Below are positions 13,201-25,399 of a stretch of DNA of 64,000 nucleotides, piece after piece. This DNA is from Zygnema circumcarinatum SAG 698-1b (lineage: Eukaryota > Plantae > Zygnematophyceae), in NCBI GenBank assembly GCA_037447605.1, contig CM074810.1, forward strand, positions 868,001 through 932,000. The letters run 5' to 3'. The position numbers and the translations under genes were made by a program. Each line of letters begins with the position of its first letter. The first letter of the stretch is position 1. The notes under the pieces were generated by a model that saw only the letters and a program-made list of their open reading frames with translations, searched no databases and was not told where the DNA came from.

Positions 13201-16200
13201 CTGCAGCAGCTGGTGAAGCAGCTAAGGGACGAGCTGCATCGTCAGGTGACTCAGTTAGCAGTATTCTGAAGCAAAGTCAGAGCAATCTGTTGGGTATTAC
13301 AGGGCGGTATTACAGGCCTGATGGTTGATTCATTGATTATTCGCTGACGGTTGACTTATTTGATTCGTTTTGCAATGTCTGGGCAGTCAGCAGAAGTAAC
13401 GGAAGCACGTCGGTTGAAACAGTTCCATGTGAATGTGGATACTCTGAGGGAGCAGCTGCTGGCTGAAAGCAGGCGTGCAGAGAGAGCTGAAGCAGCGGTA
13501 TGTGCTGCGGAAACGGAGGTTTCAAGGAGGAACAATTGGCAGCAGGAAGTGCAAGCATGGAGAGATATGGCCCGAAATGCACGGGGAGAAGGGGAGACTC
13601 CTGCAGATATGGCACGGCTTCTTGCAGACCTGCAAAGGTTGCCTGCAGCCCTTGCAGACACATCCCTTTGACGCATGTTCTCTTCTAGAAATGCAAGAAA
13701 CTCTTACAAAACACTAGGTTTGTTCTTCGGCTGCTAGGACTAGGGAGCTTAGGTCAGTCTCATGTCGTTAAAAGCTTGTATGGAAGCCTTATTTTGTAAA
13801 GAAGAGAGGGTTTGGGGGAGCTTTTGGGTGATGGGGACAACCTCAGTTTTACAAGGTCGCATGGAATTTTTTGCGCAGGGAAGTGGCAGCAGCAACAGCA
13901 AAGCAGATGCAGCTTTCGTCTCAGCTTGCTGCCGTACATGTTGCAGTGGCCCAATCAGAGGCAGCTCGTTCAAAGGCAGAGGGCCTACTGGCAGTGGTTC
14001 AGGGGGATGCTGAGGAGAGGGCAGATGCACTTCAACGGGCAGAACGCAAAGTACGTTTAAGGCGACTATCTATTTCTTAGTACCGCATGAAAACTCAGTC
14101 ATGCAAGTTACAGGAAACCTCTTAAATTTCACGTATTATTTTTTTGATAGCACATCTGGTTGGGCTTGCGGGATGCACAGATGTCAATTGTAATGCGAGA
14201 ACGGGACGCGTTGAAGGAGCTTACAGAATCATACTTTGAGGAGGAAGAGATTGTTACCGGAGGCACACCTGACAGACGGAACAGGCAGCAATTCAAGGTG
14301 GATAACTGCTGAGCTGTACTGTTGTACTGTGTCATCATCTGTCAGCAGATGATATGATCCCAATCGTTCGTCGGTTGTATCCCAACCTGAAAGTATCGGT
14401 GTATTTGTGACAGCGTAGATAATCACATTGAGTGGAACGGCTGTGGGAGCAGGAGCTGCAGTCAGCTCTCACAGAGGCGCAGGAGGCTATGGCCGACATT
14501 GAAAATGGTCTGCAAGTGGCCACTCAACGCAACAGCGATTTGCGGCGAATCGCAGAGGAGAGGCATGCAGAGGTGGAAGTGGCGAAGGGACAGTTGGCAG
14601 CAGCACAGCACGAGGCAGAGAGGCTCCGACTGGAGGTGGCGCTGCTGGAGTCGCAGGTGAGGGAGAGGACCGGGTTGAGGGTGAGGGTGAGGGAGAGGGT
14701 GAGGGAGAGGGCTGGGATGAAAGTGAGAGTGAGGGAGAGTGCTGGGATGAGGGTGAGGGAGAGGGTAAGGGTGAGGGAGAGGGCTGGGATGAAAGTGAGA
14801 GTGAGGGAGAGTGCTGGGATGAGGGTGGAGAGGGTAAGGAAGATGGCTGGTGAGGGTGAGGGAGAGGCCTGGGATGAAAGTGAGAGTGAGGGAGAGTGCT
14901 GGGATGAGGGTGAGGGAGAGTGCTGGGATGAGGGCGAGGGAGAGGGTAAGGAAGATGGCTGGTGAGGGTGAGGGAGAGGGCAGGGATGAAAGTGAGAGTG
15001 AGGGAGAGTGCTGGGATGAGGGTGAGGGAGAGGGTAAGGGTGAGGGAGAGTGCTGGGATGAGGGTGAGGGAGAGGGTAAGGAAGATGGCTGGTGAGGGTG
15101 AGGGAGAGGCCTGGGATGTGAGAGTGAGAGTGAGGGCTTGCTGGGATGAGTGAGGGGGAGTCTCAGGATGAGGGCGGGTAAGGGAAGATGAGCTCATGAG
15201 GGGTGGGGGAAGGGGCAGAATGGGAAATGGGGAGTGAGGAGAGTGCTCAGGGCAGGATGGGGTGAGGGGGAGGGTAAGGGTGAGGGAGAGTGCTGGGATG
15301 AGGGTGAGGGAGAGGGTAAGGAAGATGGCTGGTGAGGGTGAGGGAGAGGGCTGGGATGAAAGTGAGAGTGAGGGAGAGTGCTGGGATGAGGGTGGGATGG
15401 GATGAGGGGCGAGGGAGAGGGTAAGGAAGATGGCTGGTGAGGGTGAGGGAGAGGGCAGGGATGAAAGTGAGAGTGAGGGAGAGTGCTGGGATGAGGGTGA
15501 GGGAGAGGGTAAGGGTGAGGGAGAGGGCTGGGATGAAAGTGAGAGTGAGGGAGAGTGCTGGGATGAGGGTGAGGGAGAGGGTAAGGAAGATGGCTGGTGA
15601 GGGTGAGGGAGAGGGCTGGGATGAAAGTGAGAGTGAGGGGAGAGTGTTGGGATGCGAGCCTGAACTAAGTCCTGCGAGCAGGAATTTCTAGGATGCCAAA
15701 GGATTCTTGTGGAATCTTGTTCTTAAGTGGGTTGTCGTCATCAAGCATCTTTAAGTGCAAAGCTTGGATGTAGCCTTTTCAAGTGAAACCCTCTACCTGG
15801 AAACCAAAAAGGTTATGCACATGGATGGGCTTCGGGGGTTAGGTTGCTCGCAAAGACATTGATCGGCTCAACGCCAAAGTGGCTCAGAAATCGGAGACTG
15901 CAACGACGGAAACGACTAGAGGTGGGCTATGGAGTAGAGCTGCAGCCGCCACACAAAATCCGCAGGTAAAACAATTATTTTGCGATTAAATGAGAACTTG
16001 TTTGTTCTTCAGTCTGACTCGGCGTGTGTCTGCATGCAGGAGACAATGTAGCAAGCCCCCAGTCAGAAGAGTTGATGAGGAGGATTTCGTCCTTGGAAAA
16101 GAAGGAACTGCTGCTGAAAGAGATATTCCAGGAGAAAATTCAGGCTTTCAGGGAGGCCTGCTACCTTCTGCTGGGCTACCAGGTATCTCCACTCCTTGTC

Positions 16201-16761
16201 TGTTGCATTCTTTGTTACGTTAATCCGAGAAGTATGTCGACTGTTTGCTGACTCGGTCTTTGCGCCCTGCATGCGATGAACAGGTGGACATTGGCGAAGT
16301 GCAAAGCGCAACAGCAGAAGGGCCTCCAGTGACGACTGTGACTCTGCGTTCAAAATTTGCTGAAAGCCCATCCGAATGTCTGCACTTCCGGAGCACTTCT
16401 GCGGGGCTGTATGAGGTGGCGGATGGGGAGTATATGGCAACGCCTGAGATGCAGCGCATGGTGGGCATCTTTCGGCATTATCTGAAAAGAATCATGGCAT
16501 GGGGCGGTGTGTGTTCTATCAGTTGTTGGGCTTCAGGTGTCTTGAAAGGGTTGTTTCTCTCCCTTTCGCCTCTCGCTCACTCTCTCTCTCTTATACCCTC
16601 TCTCTCTCGCCCCTCTCGAACTGTATTGAATAATGGAATGCATTTTGAATACGGTGGGATGCGTTTTGCAGGTGGATACATTCGTGCAGCGCTTCAACAG
16701 CATTCCGGCTCTTACGGCGAACCTCACAATGGAGCTTTTCAACAAGCAGACGGCCTCTTGA
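10292..16761 (+). CDS. MAD1: Mitotic spindle checkpoint protein MAD1 (multi-exon; first exon 10292-10420, second 12008-12107, last 16672-16761)
   Basis: The N-terminus MAATPRSAKR...CAYSCRHM|VKSEILDAL matches the plant MAD1 pattern (CTYQCRQMVK..LDAL). It is followed by long coiled-coil exons, then IFQEKIQAFREACYLLLGY, VTLRSKFAE and the C-terminal FVQRFNSIPALTANLTMELFNKQT*. Confidence 0.95.
14660..15650 (+). repeat. Complex purine-rich minisatellite filling a MAD1 intron (14657-15842)
   Basis: Shuffled modules GAGGGTGAGGGAGAG, GCTGGGATGAAAGTGAGAGTGAGGGAGAGTGCTGGGAT and GTAAGGAAGATGGCTGGT are repeated about 8-10 times. Confidence 0.9.
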
Positions 16762-17773
16762 GCTTGATCCTTTTCTCCCAACACCATCGCCAGAGCCATG
16801 CCATAAACCTGTCAATAACCGCATGTTTCTACCATTCAGCGCCGGCTGAAGTCCTTACTCGAATCATACCTACATTCCACCTCTGCCTCTTTAATTGCAG
16901 GCATGCTCTGCTCGCCATACTGATGAGAAGGTGCTCCCAGCGCTGCTTCATACATTGCCATATATACATATAAGTCAGGCTTTTGGCTTGTCCTGCTCGC
17001 TTCAACCGTACAATCAAGAGATGGTTAGGGCTTTTGGAAGAAAAGTCATGTGCAGGATGCTCACTCCCAAGGGCTTCGGAATGCGGAACTGCAGCTCATG
17101 TCTGTTCCCACTTTTCGTCAATGGTTTCTGCCTCTGTTTCATCTTGCTGGTGTCCAATTTGAACGTTTTCGTTTGTTGTTTTGTGGTTGTGAGATTGATT
17201 TTCCTGAGAAGCCGGTGCACATGGAACCCTAACTTCAAAATAAAGAATGATGACAGAATGGTCACCCCGCACAAGCGGAACATCTACAAAGCTGAAGCCC
17301 CACACCGCTTCCCTACAAAACAAATGTCAACCTCACTGCTGCTCCAAATAGCTTCCATGCCAACAAAGAACCTTGGTTTCTACGGAGATCCAGAACTTAA
17401 AACCCTAACGAGCTATCCACAAAGGTACAGAGATCAGATCAATGTATGCCTCCAACAGAGCATTTCACAGGGAGCTATCAAAATTGACCGATTGTTTTCT
17501 GAAAAACGAGTCACAGAGTTCATATGTACAGAGGGACGAGTGGTTTCCTCCTGCTACCAAGTTGGCACCCTATAATCTACAATTAGAGCTCAGATCCTGC
17601 TTGGGTGCCTCCACGTGCGCTTGTCCTCCTCCTGCGAGGTGGCAGTCTTGTGCCCATCAGAGGTCAGATCCTCATGCGTCTGCCCCTTGAATCTGCCCCT
17701 TTCACATATTCCCTGCCTTTGCAAGTACATGGCCAGGAAGCTTGGGTCGCCATATGGCAGGGCGAAGTTCGCC

Positions 17774-20700
17774 TCAATAAACGCCTTGGTCTTGGAGCTC
17801 TCCCTTGACACGAGCAAAATAGGTCTCATCTGGCTGCAGGGAAAGAAGAAGAGCATTTCACAATGGTCAGTGACAGCGAGTTTCACAAAAAGAAACGGAG
17901 GAGGAAAGAAAGGGCAGCAGTTCTGCCATTTGGCTGTCGTGCTATGCAGCTGCCAAGTACGAAGCCTTCAATGTATCACCAGACCTCCACTAAACAAAGT
18001 GGAGATTTCATGCAAGAGCTTCAAATGGTGCAAAATGGCTGCTTACATATCCATAGTTGGTTGGCCCCCCAGACATCTGCGTTTTATGGTGGATTCCTCC
18101 CCATCTGCATGCAGGATAAGTTTCAGTTGAGTGAGTCGCGTCAATATGTGTCCGCATGCATTCTGAATCCATTAGTTTACAAAAACGCCTAATGGGCTGG
18201 CTTGCCTGCTGCACCAAAATATGGCGGTCAGCACCTGTAACTGAAAAACCATTCAAAGAAACGTGTCTTAAGAAATTTCACTTGGCATTCCTAAGCATCG
18301 TATACTCACATGACCACAATCTATGACTACATCTAGGCCATATCAACACTTCACACATATACACACGTACGCATATGCAAACACAAAAACACATCTACAC
18401 AGAACAGCCTAAGCTTTATATAACCCACCGCGCCCCCCCCCACCCCCCCCCCCCCAATTAGCACTGACGACTTCCCACGTCACCCCTACTAATGACCATG
18501 CACAATAACAGTTCGCAGTCAGCTTAGGGTCTTACACGACACAGTTAGTTCGGCCAGTAGTGATGGATCGCCCGACTTTAAATATCAACCTTCGCTCCCA
18601 CGCTGTTTTCAGAAGCGCCAATATCTCTTCTCCAACCGGAGTATGCGGCAAAAATGCTCTTCTAAAAGTTCCTCGATATGGGACTCCAGGAGAAGGATGT
18701 TCAGGGCCCTGTTGAAGCCACAAATTAAAACTTAATAGCGTCAAGCGCATTTGGAAAAAAAACGGCATTAAATTAAATTTCACTCTCAAAGCCATGATCA
18801 GGAATCGTATGGTTACTTTAAAGTAGTAACAGTACAGGAATATCTTAATTGGTGATAGTAGACTCCGCATTCAAACTGCGTAAGAGAAATTTTCAAAACG
18901 CTTTGTCAAGCTAAACAGTCATTAGGAAGCTCTCAGAAAGACACGGCGCTAATAGATAAAAGGCATCTCACTACAGCATCTCTTTTGCAAAAAAAAAAAA
19001 AATGGCAAGAACAAGGAAATGGAGGTTTGAAGCACGAAACATCATGTAGACGCACCTGAATTCCATCATCAAAGTTGTACAAAATCTCAATTACACCAAC
19101 GCCTTCGTATCCATCCAGATGCCAAAGATTACGACGATACCGATGGTAATTGACAGTCATGCTTGCGCCTTCTAGCGGCTGAGTTCCCGTAATGCGACCA
19201 TAATGACGAATACACTCTGGACACGATGGTCTTCTGGAAAACCATTCTTCAATGCATGGGAGGTGAAAAATGTGTGGACATTCTGCAAGTTGTACCACCT
19301 CCTGATCGCCGTCCTTGCTGCTCAATGGAGAACAGCAGACAGAGCAGTCTTGGTCCTCTGGGGGAGATTCAAGCTTCACGAACGTGGAAGCTGGGTCGTA
19401 AGATAGGGCTTCTCCTTGACTCCCAGAAGCCTCAGTTCCCGCTGTGTTGCTGGGCAGAGCCATGAATATAGGAGAAAATGCTAAGTTGGGAAACGGCGGC
19501 CTGAGAACTGAAGAAACTGAAGGACCAGATCTCCGCCTTATTCCCCGTATAAACCCGCTTGCTAGGTTCCTTTGGAATCCCTCAGTGGCAAACTGTAAAG
19601 TTATGTAAATGGAATCATATGGTATTGTGACAGAAGCAGGGCCGCAGCTTTGATTAGTGACTCTCCAATTCTCAGCTTCCTGCCAGAAGTAGTCGAACAT
19701 TCTGCAGGCCAAGGGGTCGTGCATATCCCAAGTGCCAGTTTCCGGAATGAAGGATTTCCATGTGCCAGCAGTATCGTTTGAGTTGACGGGAGGAGGGTCA
19801 CGGATAATGGATCTCATGATGCCCGAGCTGCGATATACCTGCATACAAAAAATGAGTTACGTTAAGTGACGGCGATTCCATATTCTAAACCTTCAAATAC
19901 ATTTCGCTTTCTAAAAGGGCGCCAGCCATATGGGTTGTGCACACCGACACACCCTTCAATCTAAGCCAATGGCTCCATTGCACCTCAAAGACTGTCTGCA
20001 ACCGTGTACTAAAAAAAAAAAACCTAGTCACACATGTCCCAGGTCCAAAAGCCTACAAAAGCCAAAGCACGCTGTCAAGAGTACCTTCCGGCAGCGAAGG
20101 TCCGGCAGAGGGCATAATTGGGGGAAAAAGTGAATAAGCAGCAGTGCTCAATCAAAGAATCTTTCTATCTCAGTATAAGAAGATGCAGAATCAAGGTAAT
20201 TAACCAGCAATCTCTACAGTAACCGACAAGAAGTATCAATACAGTACCGACAAGATGCCTAATAAGCAATACAACTGGCATGCCTCAAAGGGCTTCTAGA
20301 TGTCGCCAAATATACTCCTGCTTAACTCAAAATTTGAACTGAGGGAAAGATAACTAAAATTCTATACATAATAAATACCAATATTAAGTCCTATATTCCC
20401 TTCAGTGAGGAAAGCCGGCTGCCTCAAAACCTTCGAACGGAGTAAATAAACTCATCCGGGATTGCGACAGTATAGCACAGTCGCAACCCTAAAAAACATT
20501 CAGCAGAGTCGACAGATAATCCTACACTTTTCTTTTTCTTCTCTCTTCCTTTACTCCCCCTAGCTTTCCCCACCCAATCAATCTTCAAAAGGTAAACAAC
20601 GTAGAAATGCAAAATACATTCGACCACTATTACGCACAGATGGTAAACACAAACTATACGAATGGTATTTTTAAGCATTTCGTCCATCCAAAAACGACTA

Positions 20701-20902
20701 AACATCAGCGATTCCGCCGCACCAGCAACGCCGACTGAGCAACAAAGACGATTTCGTGCGAGGGTTGGCCCGAGCAAGTGATGTCCATGGAGACAACGGC
20801 CGCCCCGGAGGTCCACGCCTGCTCCACAGTCTGCGCCGCCGCAGGGCTGTACTCGCACCACCGTTCATCGTCACCCACCCACTCCCAGACTGCCCCCGCC
20901 AT
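17774..20902 (-). CDS. Deltex-like E3 ubiquitin ligase (WWE, degenerate WWE, RING-H2, Deltex C-terminal domain); exons 20902-~20720, 19838-19056, 18708-18536, 18104-18047, 17833-17774
   Basis: WWE: [15 protein letters not shown], and a second copy ending [20 protein letters not shown]2: [21 protein letters not shown] motifs: [65 protein letters not shown]. Confidence 0.92.
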
Positions 20903-21401
20903 GGTTGCCCCCTCCCCGCCCTCCGCCCCCTCCGGAGGCTTTTGCCTCAAGTCTGAGGATCTCAAAGGGGCTGGGAGGCTTTTTATAGTTCAGGAAAATG
21001 GGCAACGACGGGAGGCCGACATGTTCAACCGTCGGAACGGGGTTCGGAGGTCAAGCCGTACGGTCACGTGTGAACAGAAAAAGGGGCTTGGAAAAAACCG
21101 TTTGACTGGCCGGACCGGCGAGGCGAAAGTCAGCAAAAAAACAAAACAAATTTCAAAATGGTGCACAGAAGGCAGTGACGGGCAACGAAAAAAGAATTTT
21201 GCCGTACCGTATTGGCTGAGAGAAAGCGCTTTGTGTTGTGTAAAGTACCGGCACTGCTGTGGAAATTAAGAAAAAAAAAAGAGTTTTGGTTTCGGGCAGG
21301 ATNNNNNNNNNNNNNNNNNNNNNNNNNNNNNNNNNNNNNNNNNNNNNNNNNNNNNNNNNNNNNNNNNNNNNNNNNNNNNNNNNNNNNNNNNNNNNNNNNN
21401 N

Positions 21402-21402
21402 N

Positions 21403-21458
<56 letters not shown>
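21402..21458 (+). repeat. (GA)n microsatellite abutting a 99-N scaffold gap
   Basis: Read directly from the sequence. Confidence 0.95.
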
Positions 21459-21462
<4 letters not shown>

Positions 21463-22239
21463 TAAAATTCTTGCCACCTTTGAAGGATAAGAACTGCATT
21501 GTATAATCTTCACATAAAACACTCAAGAAAACTTAACAGTAACGTGACACAAAAATCCAAAAATATTAGCAGGTGCATGCAGGCGCGGTGAAACAGTGTC
21601 ATACAGTGTAGCTTGTCGTTCGAAAGGGTTAAACATGCAAATAAAAAGAAATTCCCCTCCACTCGCAATTCGTGAGATGTCACATCCAAAGTGGAAAAGT
21701 ATATATGTTGTAATGTGTACAGAAGGCAGAAACCCTAAAATATGTACTGTGAAATGAGTAAGACGATCCACAAATCTAACAAAACCACAAAATGGGAACC
21801 AGAGTCTTTCCTTCCCCCTCCAAAACTCCCCCTTCCTCGCCCCTCCCCTTCCCACCCCCCCCCCCACTCCTCCCTCCTCCCCCCTTCCCTCCCTTTCCCA
21901 TCCCCCAACCCTTCCTCAAATCCATATCACCCTTTTCTCTCCCTCCCCCCCCACCGCTTCCCACCTCCTCCTTTTCCTCCTCGCCACATTCCCGGTGACG
22001 TCACCCCAGCTCCCCCAGAGCAGGATCCGGCTCTGAGCATAACGCACTGCACTATGGGAACTGAATACTACTACTGAAGTACACTATTTACAATACTCCC
22101 NNNNNNNNNNACACTATTTACAACACTCCCTCCCACCTCCCCACCTCCCCCCTTCTCCCCTCCCTCCTCCCCTTGGCCCTCCGATTCCCCCTTTTTTCAC
22201 TTACTACGGTTTTTCATATCATGTGATCACCAACAAGAT

Positions 22240-24022
22240 TTACACCGCAGAGTGAAACGTAATTTCACTGAATTCCTTTTGCAATGCGCAAAATTGTCGT
22301 CTGAACTCCTCAAGGCCTTCGAGTTCCAGATTCACCTTCTTCAGCGAAGGGCAAGCTCCAATCCATGCTCGAGCGAGATTCTTGGCATCGCCACATATAG
22401 TCAATGGCAGGTACAATGTGATTTTCTTCAACTTAGGAAATGCCACGCGTTTAAAAGCTTTAGACACAACCATCCAATTCATCAGCTCCTTTGTGACATA
22501 GACCTTTAAAGTTTCTACGCTTCCCATGTTGTAAAAAAGAAGAGCCTTAAGAGCATTGACATTCGTAAGGTTTCCAAACTCCAAAACTTGCGCATTGAGT
22601 TGTTTGTCGGGAGACACCAACCATCCTTGGAGAGCGCACGAAGCACGATATTGAATCTTGCTGTAACAAACCTGCCAACTGCAAGGTTTGAACACAAGAC
22701 CTCCCGGTACCCACACCAGTGCTTTACCATTAAAAGGCAACCGCGGATATAAGTACTAGGCCATACAACACATGTATAGCGTTTCGCTACATTCCTCCCC
22801 ACCTAAACCGGGCTCGTCCTCGAGCGCACTCAAGGGTTTTCACGAGCAGCGTTCAAGCTCCTTCAACACATGGACTACGGCCTTAGCCCCTCAGGCCACT
22901 AAGGGACTCCTCCCGTACCATGCTCAGAGATCACGGTGTTTTTAGGGTGGATTACAAATACCGGGCACCAGGCTCTGATACCAATGTAACAAACCTGCCA
23001 ACTGCAAGGTTTGAACACAAGACCTCCCGGTATCCACACCAGTGCTTTACCATTAAAAGGCAACCGCGGATGTAAGTACTAGGCCATACAACACATGTAT
23101 AGCGTTTCGCTACACTTGCTTTGAAAGGCCATTGGTTTCTCGAAGGTCACCGCTGGATGACTGCCCGCCAAATCGAGCAGCATGAGATTCAGGCAATCTA
23201 TAGTGATTAAGAATGGCCCAAAAACGTGCAATGACGTCAATCTTGAATGTTTAATAAACAAGGGGTCGTCCTTCAAACATCGCTTTGGTATATACTTCCA
23301 GCTTCTCCAGAGCGGGAAATAGAAAAGAGAAATCGGTCAATCGTTGCGAGCGCGCACCCGAATATCTCAATTGAAAGTGCTTGATGCTGGTTAAAGGCAG
23401 GACCTCCGCGCCCGATAAAGCATAAGGGAAAGGCGCTTTAAGAGACTTTAGTTCCTTAAATTCTTCCAATCCAACCACCGTCCAAAGCGCCTCTTCGCTG
23501 AGCTCCAACTCGCGGAGGGTCTTTCCCACTCTCACTCCACAAAGGTAGAACACCGTGGGAGAAATATGTCCATACACGTCAATGTGCTCCACTTTTGGAG
23601 TTAGAAAAACGAGTTGAGCAAGCTTAAACTCTGCTCTCTCATTTGAAGTGCAACTCTGAAAAATCTTCTTCTTCTCGATTTTCTTTTGTAATCACCATTG
23701 TGGTGACTTCCCTAACACCGGCTTGGAACGCCTTGCTCACAGTGGAGAGTTGAAGGAGGCGGTATGCTTCGCACTCGTGTTTGTCGACAGAGAGAATTCT
23801 TCCCAACAGAGAAGAGGTAAATCCCGTTTTAGAAAAAGGATTGAGAGAGTCATCTTTGCCGCACCTTTTCGAGTGTTCAGAGGATTCTGTGGAACTGCCG
23901 CCCTGCACGAAGTATGCTGGGGGCTGCAACGACGTGATGGAGGTAGGTGCTGGACTGAATCCTTCTTCGTTCACAGCCTTGTCTATTTTATCTTTGGAGG
24001 ACTTCCCTTCAAGCTCAATCAT
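22240..24022 (-). pseudogene. Intronless F-box/LRR-type gene disrupted by two +1 frameshifts and a TRIM insertion
   Basis: It has a degenerate F-box (LLGRILS..YRLLQLSTVSKAF) and LRR-like segments (LRELELS, LKSLKAP, FPALEKLEV, LTSLHVF, FPKLKKITL, CPSLKKVNL). Removing one T at 23659-23663, one T at 23256-23258, and the TRIM plus one TSD gives a continuous frame (..AFQSK|IQYRAS..). Confidence 0.75.
22662..23114 (-). mobile_element. TRIM (453 bp) with tRNA-like sequence in its LTRs (Helenus-type)
   Basis: TG..CA LTRs at 22662-22791 and 22985-23114 are 130 bp with 2 mismatches. The tRNA-iMet PBS TGGTATCAGAGCC lies at 22983-22971 and the PPT GGTGGGGAGGAA at 22803-22792. There is a perfect 5-bp TSD, CTTGC (22657-22661, 23115-23119), and no coding capacity. 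Confidence 0.95.
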
Positions 24023-25399
24023 CCAACACTTCAGATCAACACTCAATACACAACACACTTATTCCTAAGAGATCTTTATTCCAAAGCAAACTTAGAGCAT
24101 AAGCATCCTATGCCTTTCTCTCAAAGCTGCAGTTTTCAAAATCTCAGTAACCCTATACAGTTCCTTCCTAAAACCCAGCCGCTAAATACAACATGATCAA
24201 GCAACATGATCCATGTTGAATTGGTTTCCCCTGAAGTGGTTCTGAAACCACTTGTAGAGGATAAGGGGTCGTAAACCGAGCCCCCTCTGGTCGTGTCTTC
24301 TCCTGTATTCATCTCGGCCATGATGACTACCGTGAGCCAAGCAAGAACTATGAGACAAAGTGTAAGAGAAAAGCCCACCGGCCGAAAACCTCTTCTTTAT
24401 ACAATGAAAGATACAACAGGTGCAGGCAGTATTCTACTCCTGACTCTGGCTCTATCCTACGCTCTACTAAGCGTTGCTTGCGGCTGCCCCTGACTATCTC
24501 ACCCTTCCTCAGCTTACTACCCACAGTCGGGAAGCACTGCTCCCTTGTGCAGTAGTAAAAGGCGTGAACCTCCCCATAAAGGTTCAGAGTGTTCCTGGAA
24601 TCAGGATCAGTATTCAGGATATAAGCTTCTCCCCATGGAGCAGCTTATGTAGCTGGGCGGGCCGTGACCCGGTCACGGCTGCCAGCATGCAAGGGCTGAA
24701 CCGTCCCCTACGTGGTCGCTTCACCACCATGGACGGCTCAGTGCGCCTCAGTGCGCCTCTGTGCAGAGTTCTCTCCACAGCGAGGCAAGGCTCAGTGGGG
24801 GAGCGCACTCAGAGTGAGTGCGCTTCCGCCGCCTTCTTCGTCGCGCGCGTTTTCGAAACGCGGCTTTCTCGGTGTGCGCGAAACCTTCCGCGCGCCTGAC
24901 TGAAACTGTTCAGTTCAGTTCCGATTCGCGTCCGCGAACTTGTCACGTCGCTCCTCCGTTCACACTTCGCTCTCCGCGCTCCTTAGTCGCGTCGCGCGTC
25001 GCCGTCGTCCGTACGCCCGAACAAATGTTCGGTTCGTCACGTCACGGTCCCGTGAACTTTAACTTAGAACTTTCCCGCGTCCGCGCCCGCGCGACCAACC
25101 TTGTCGCTTGGCGTCCGCGCCCAAGTTCTTCATGTCATAGAGAGACTATGTCCCATAAGTTGTACGGTCTCTATAGCCGTACAACAATCCCCCTCTTGGG
25201 GCTAGGCTCGATAGGGTCCTAGATCCGGGAGGAGACTTGTCCTCCGCGCGATTGGCCCGTTGTCCCCCTCATTAATTGCTGCTAGATCTTTCGTCCCTAC
25301 GAAAGGATCTGCGAGTCTGCCCGCCCCCACTAGCTCCCGCGCGTAGTGGTGCTGGGTCTGAATACGCTCACCCTTTATGAAGATCGTGATTCTGGAGCA

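Noticed and set aside
14432-15691. Long ORFs with RVRVRE/EGEGEC/SPSPS repeats
   Set aside because: These are translations of the intronic minisatellite. The MAD1 exon ends at 14656 and resumes at 15843 (LESQ|VARKD).
16895-17575. 226-aa ORF between MAD1 and the Deltex-like gene
   Set aside because: It has no recognisable motif, includes a T-rich low-complexity stretch and lies in the convergent 3' UTR zone, so it is probably a chance ORF.
22996-23068. Possible functional tRNA gene (and its twin in the other LTR)
   Set aside because: The T-stem and acceptor stem do not pair and the anticodon loop is 6 nt. It is treated as tRNA-derived LTR sequence.
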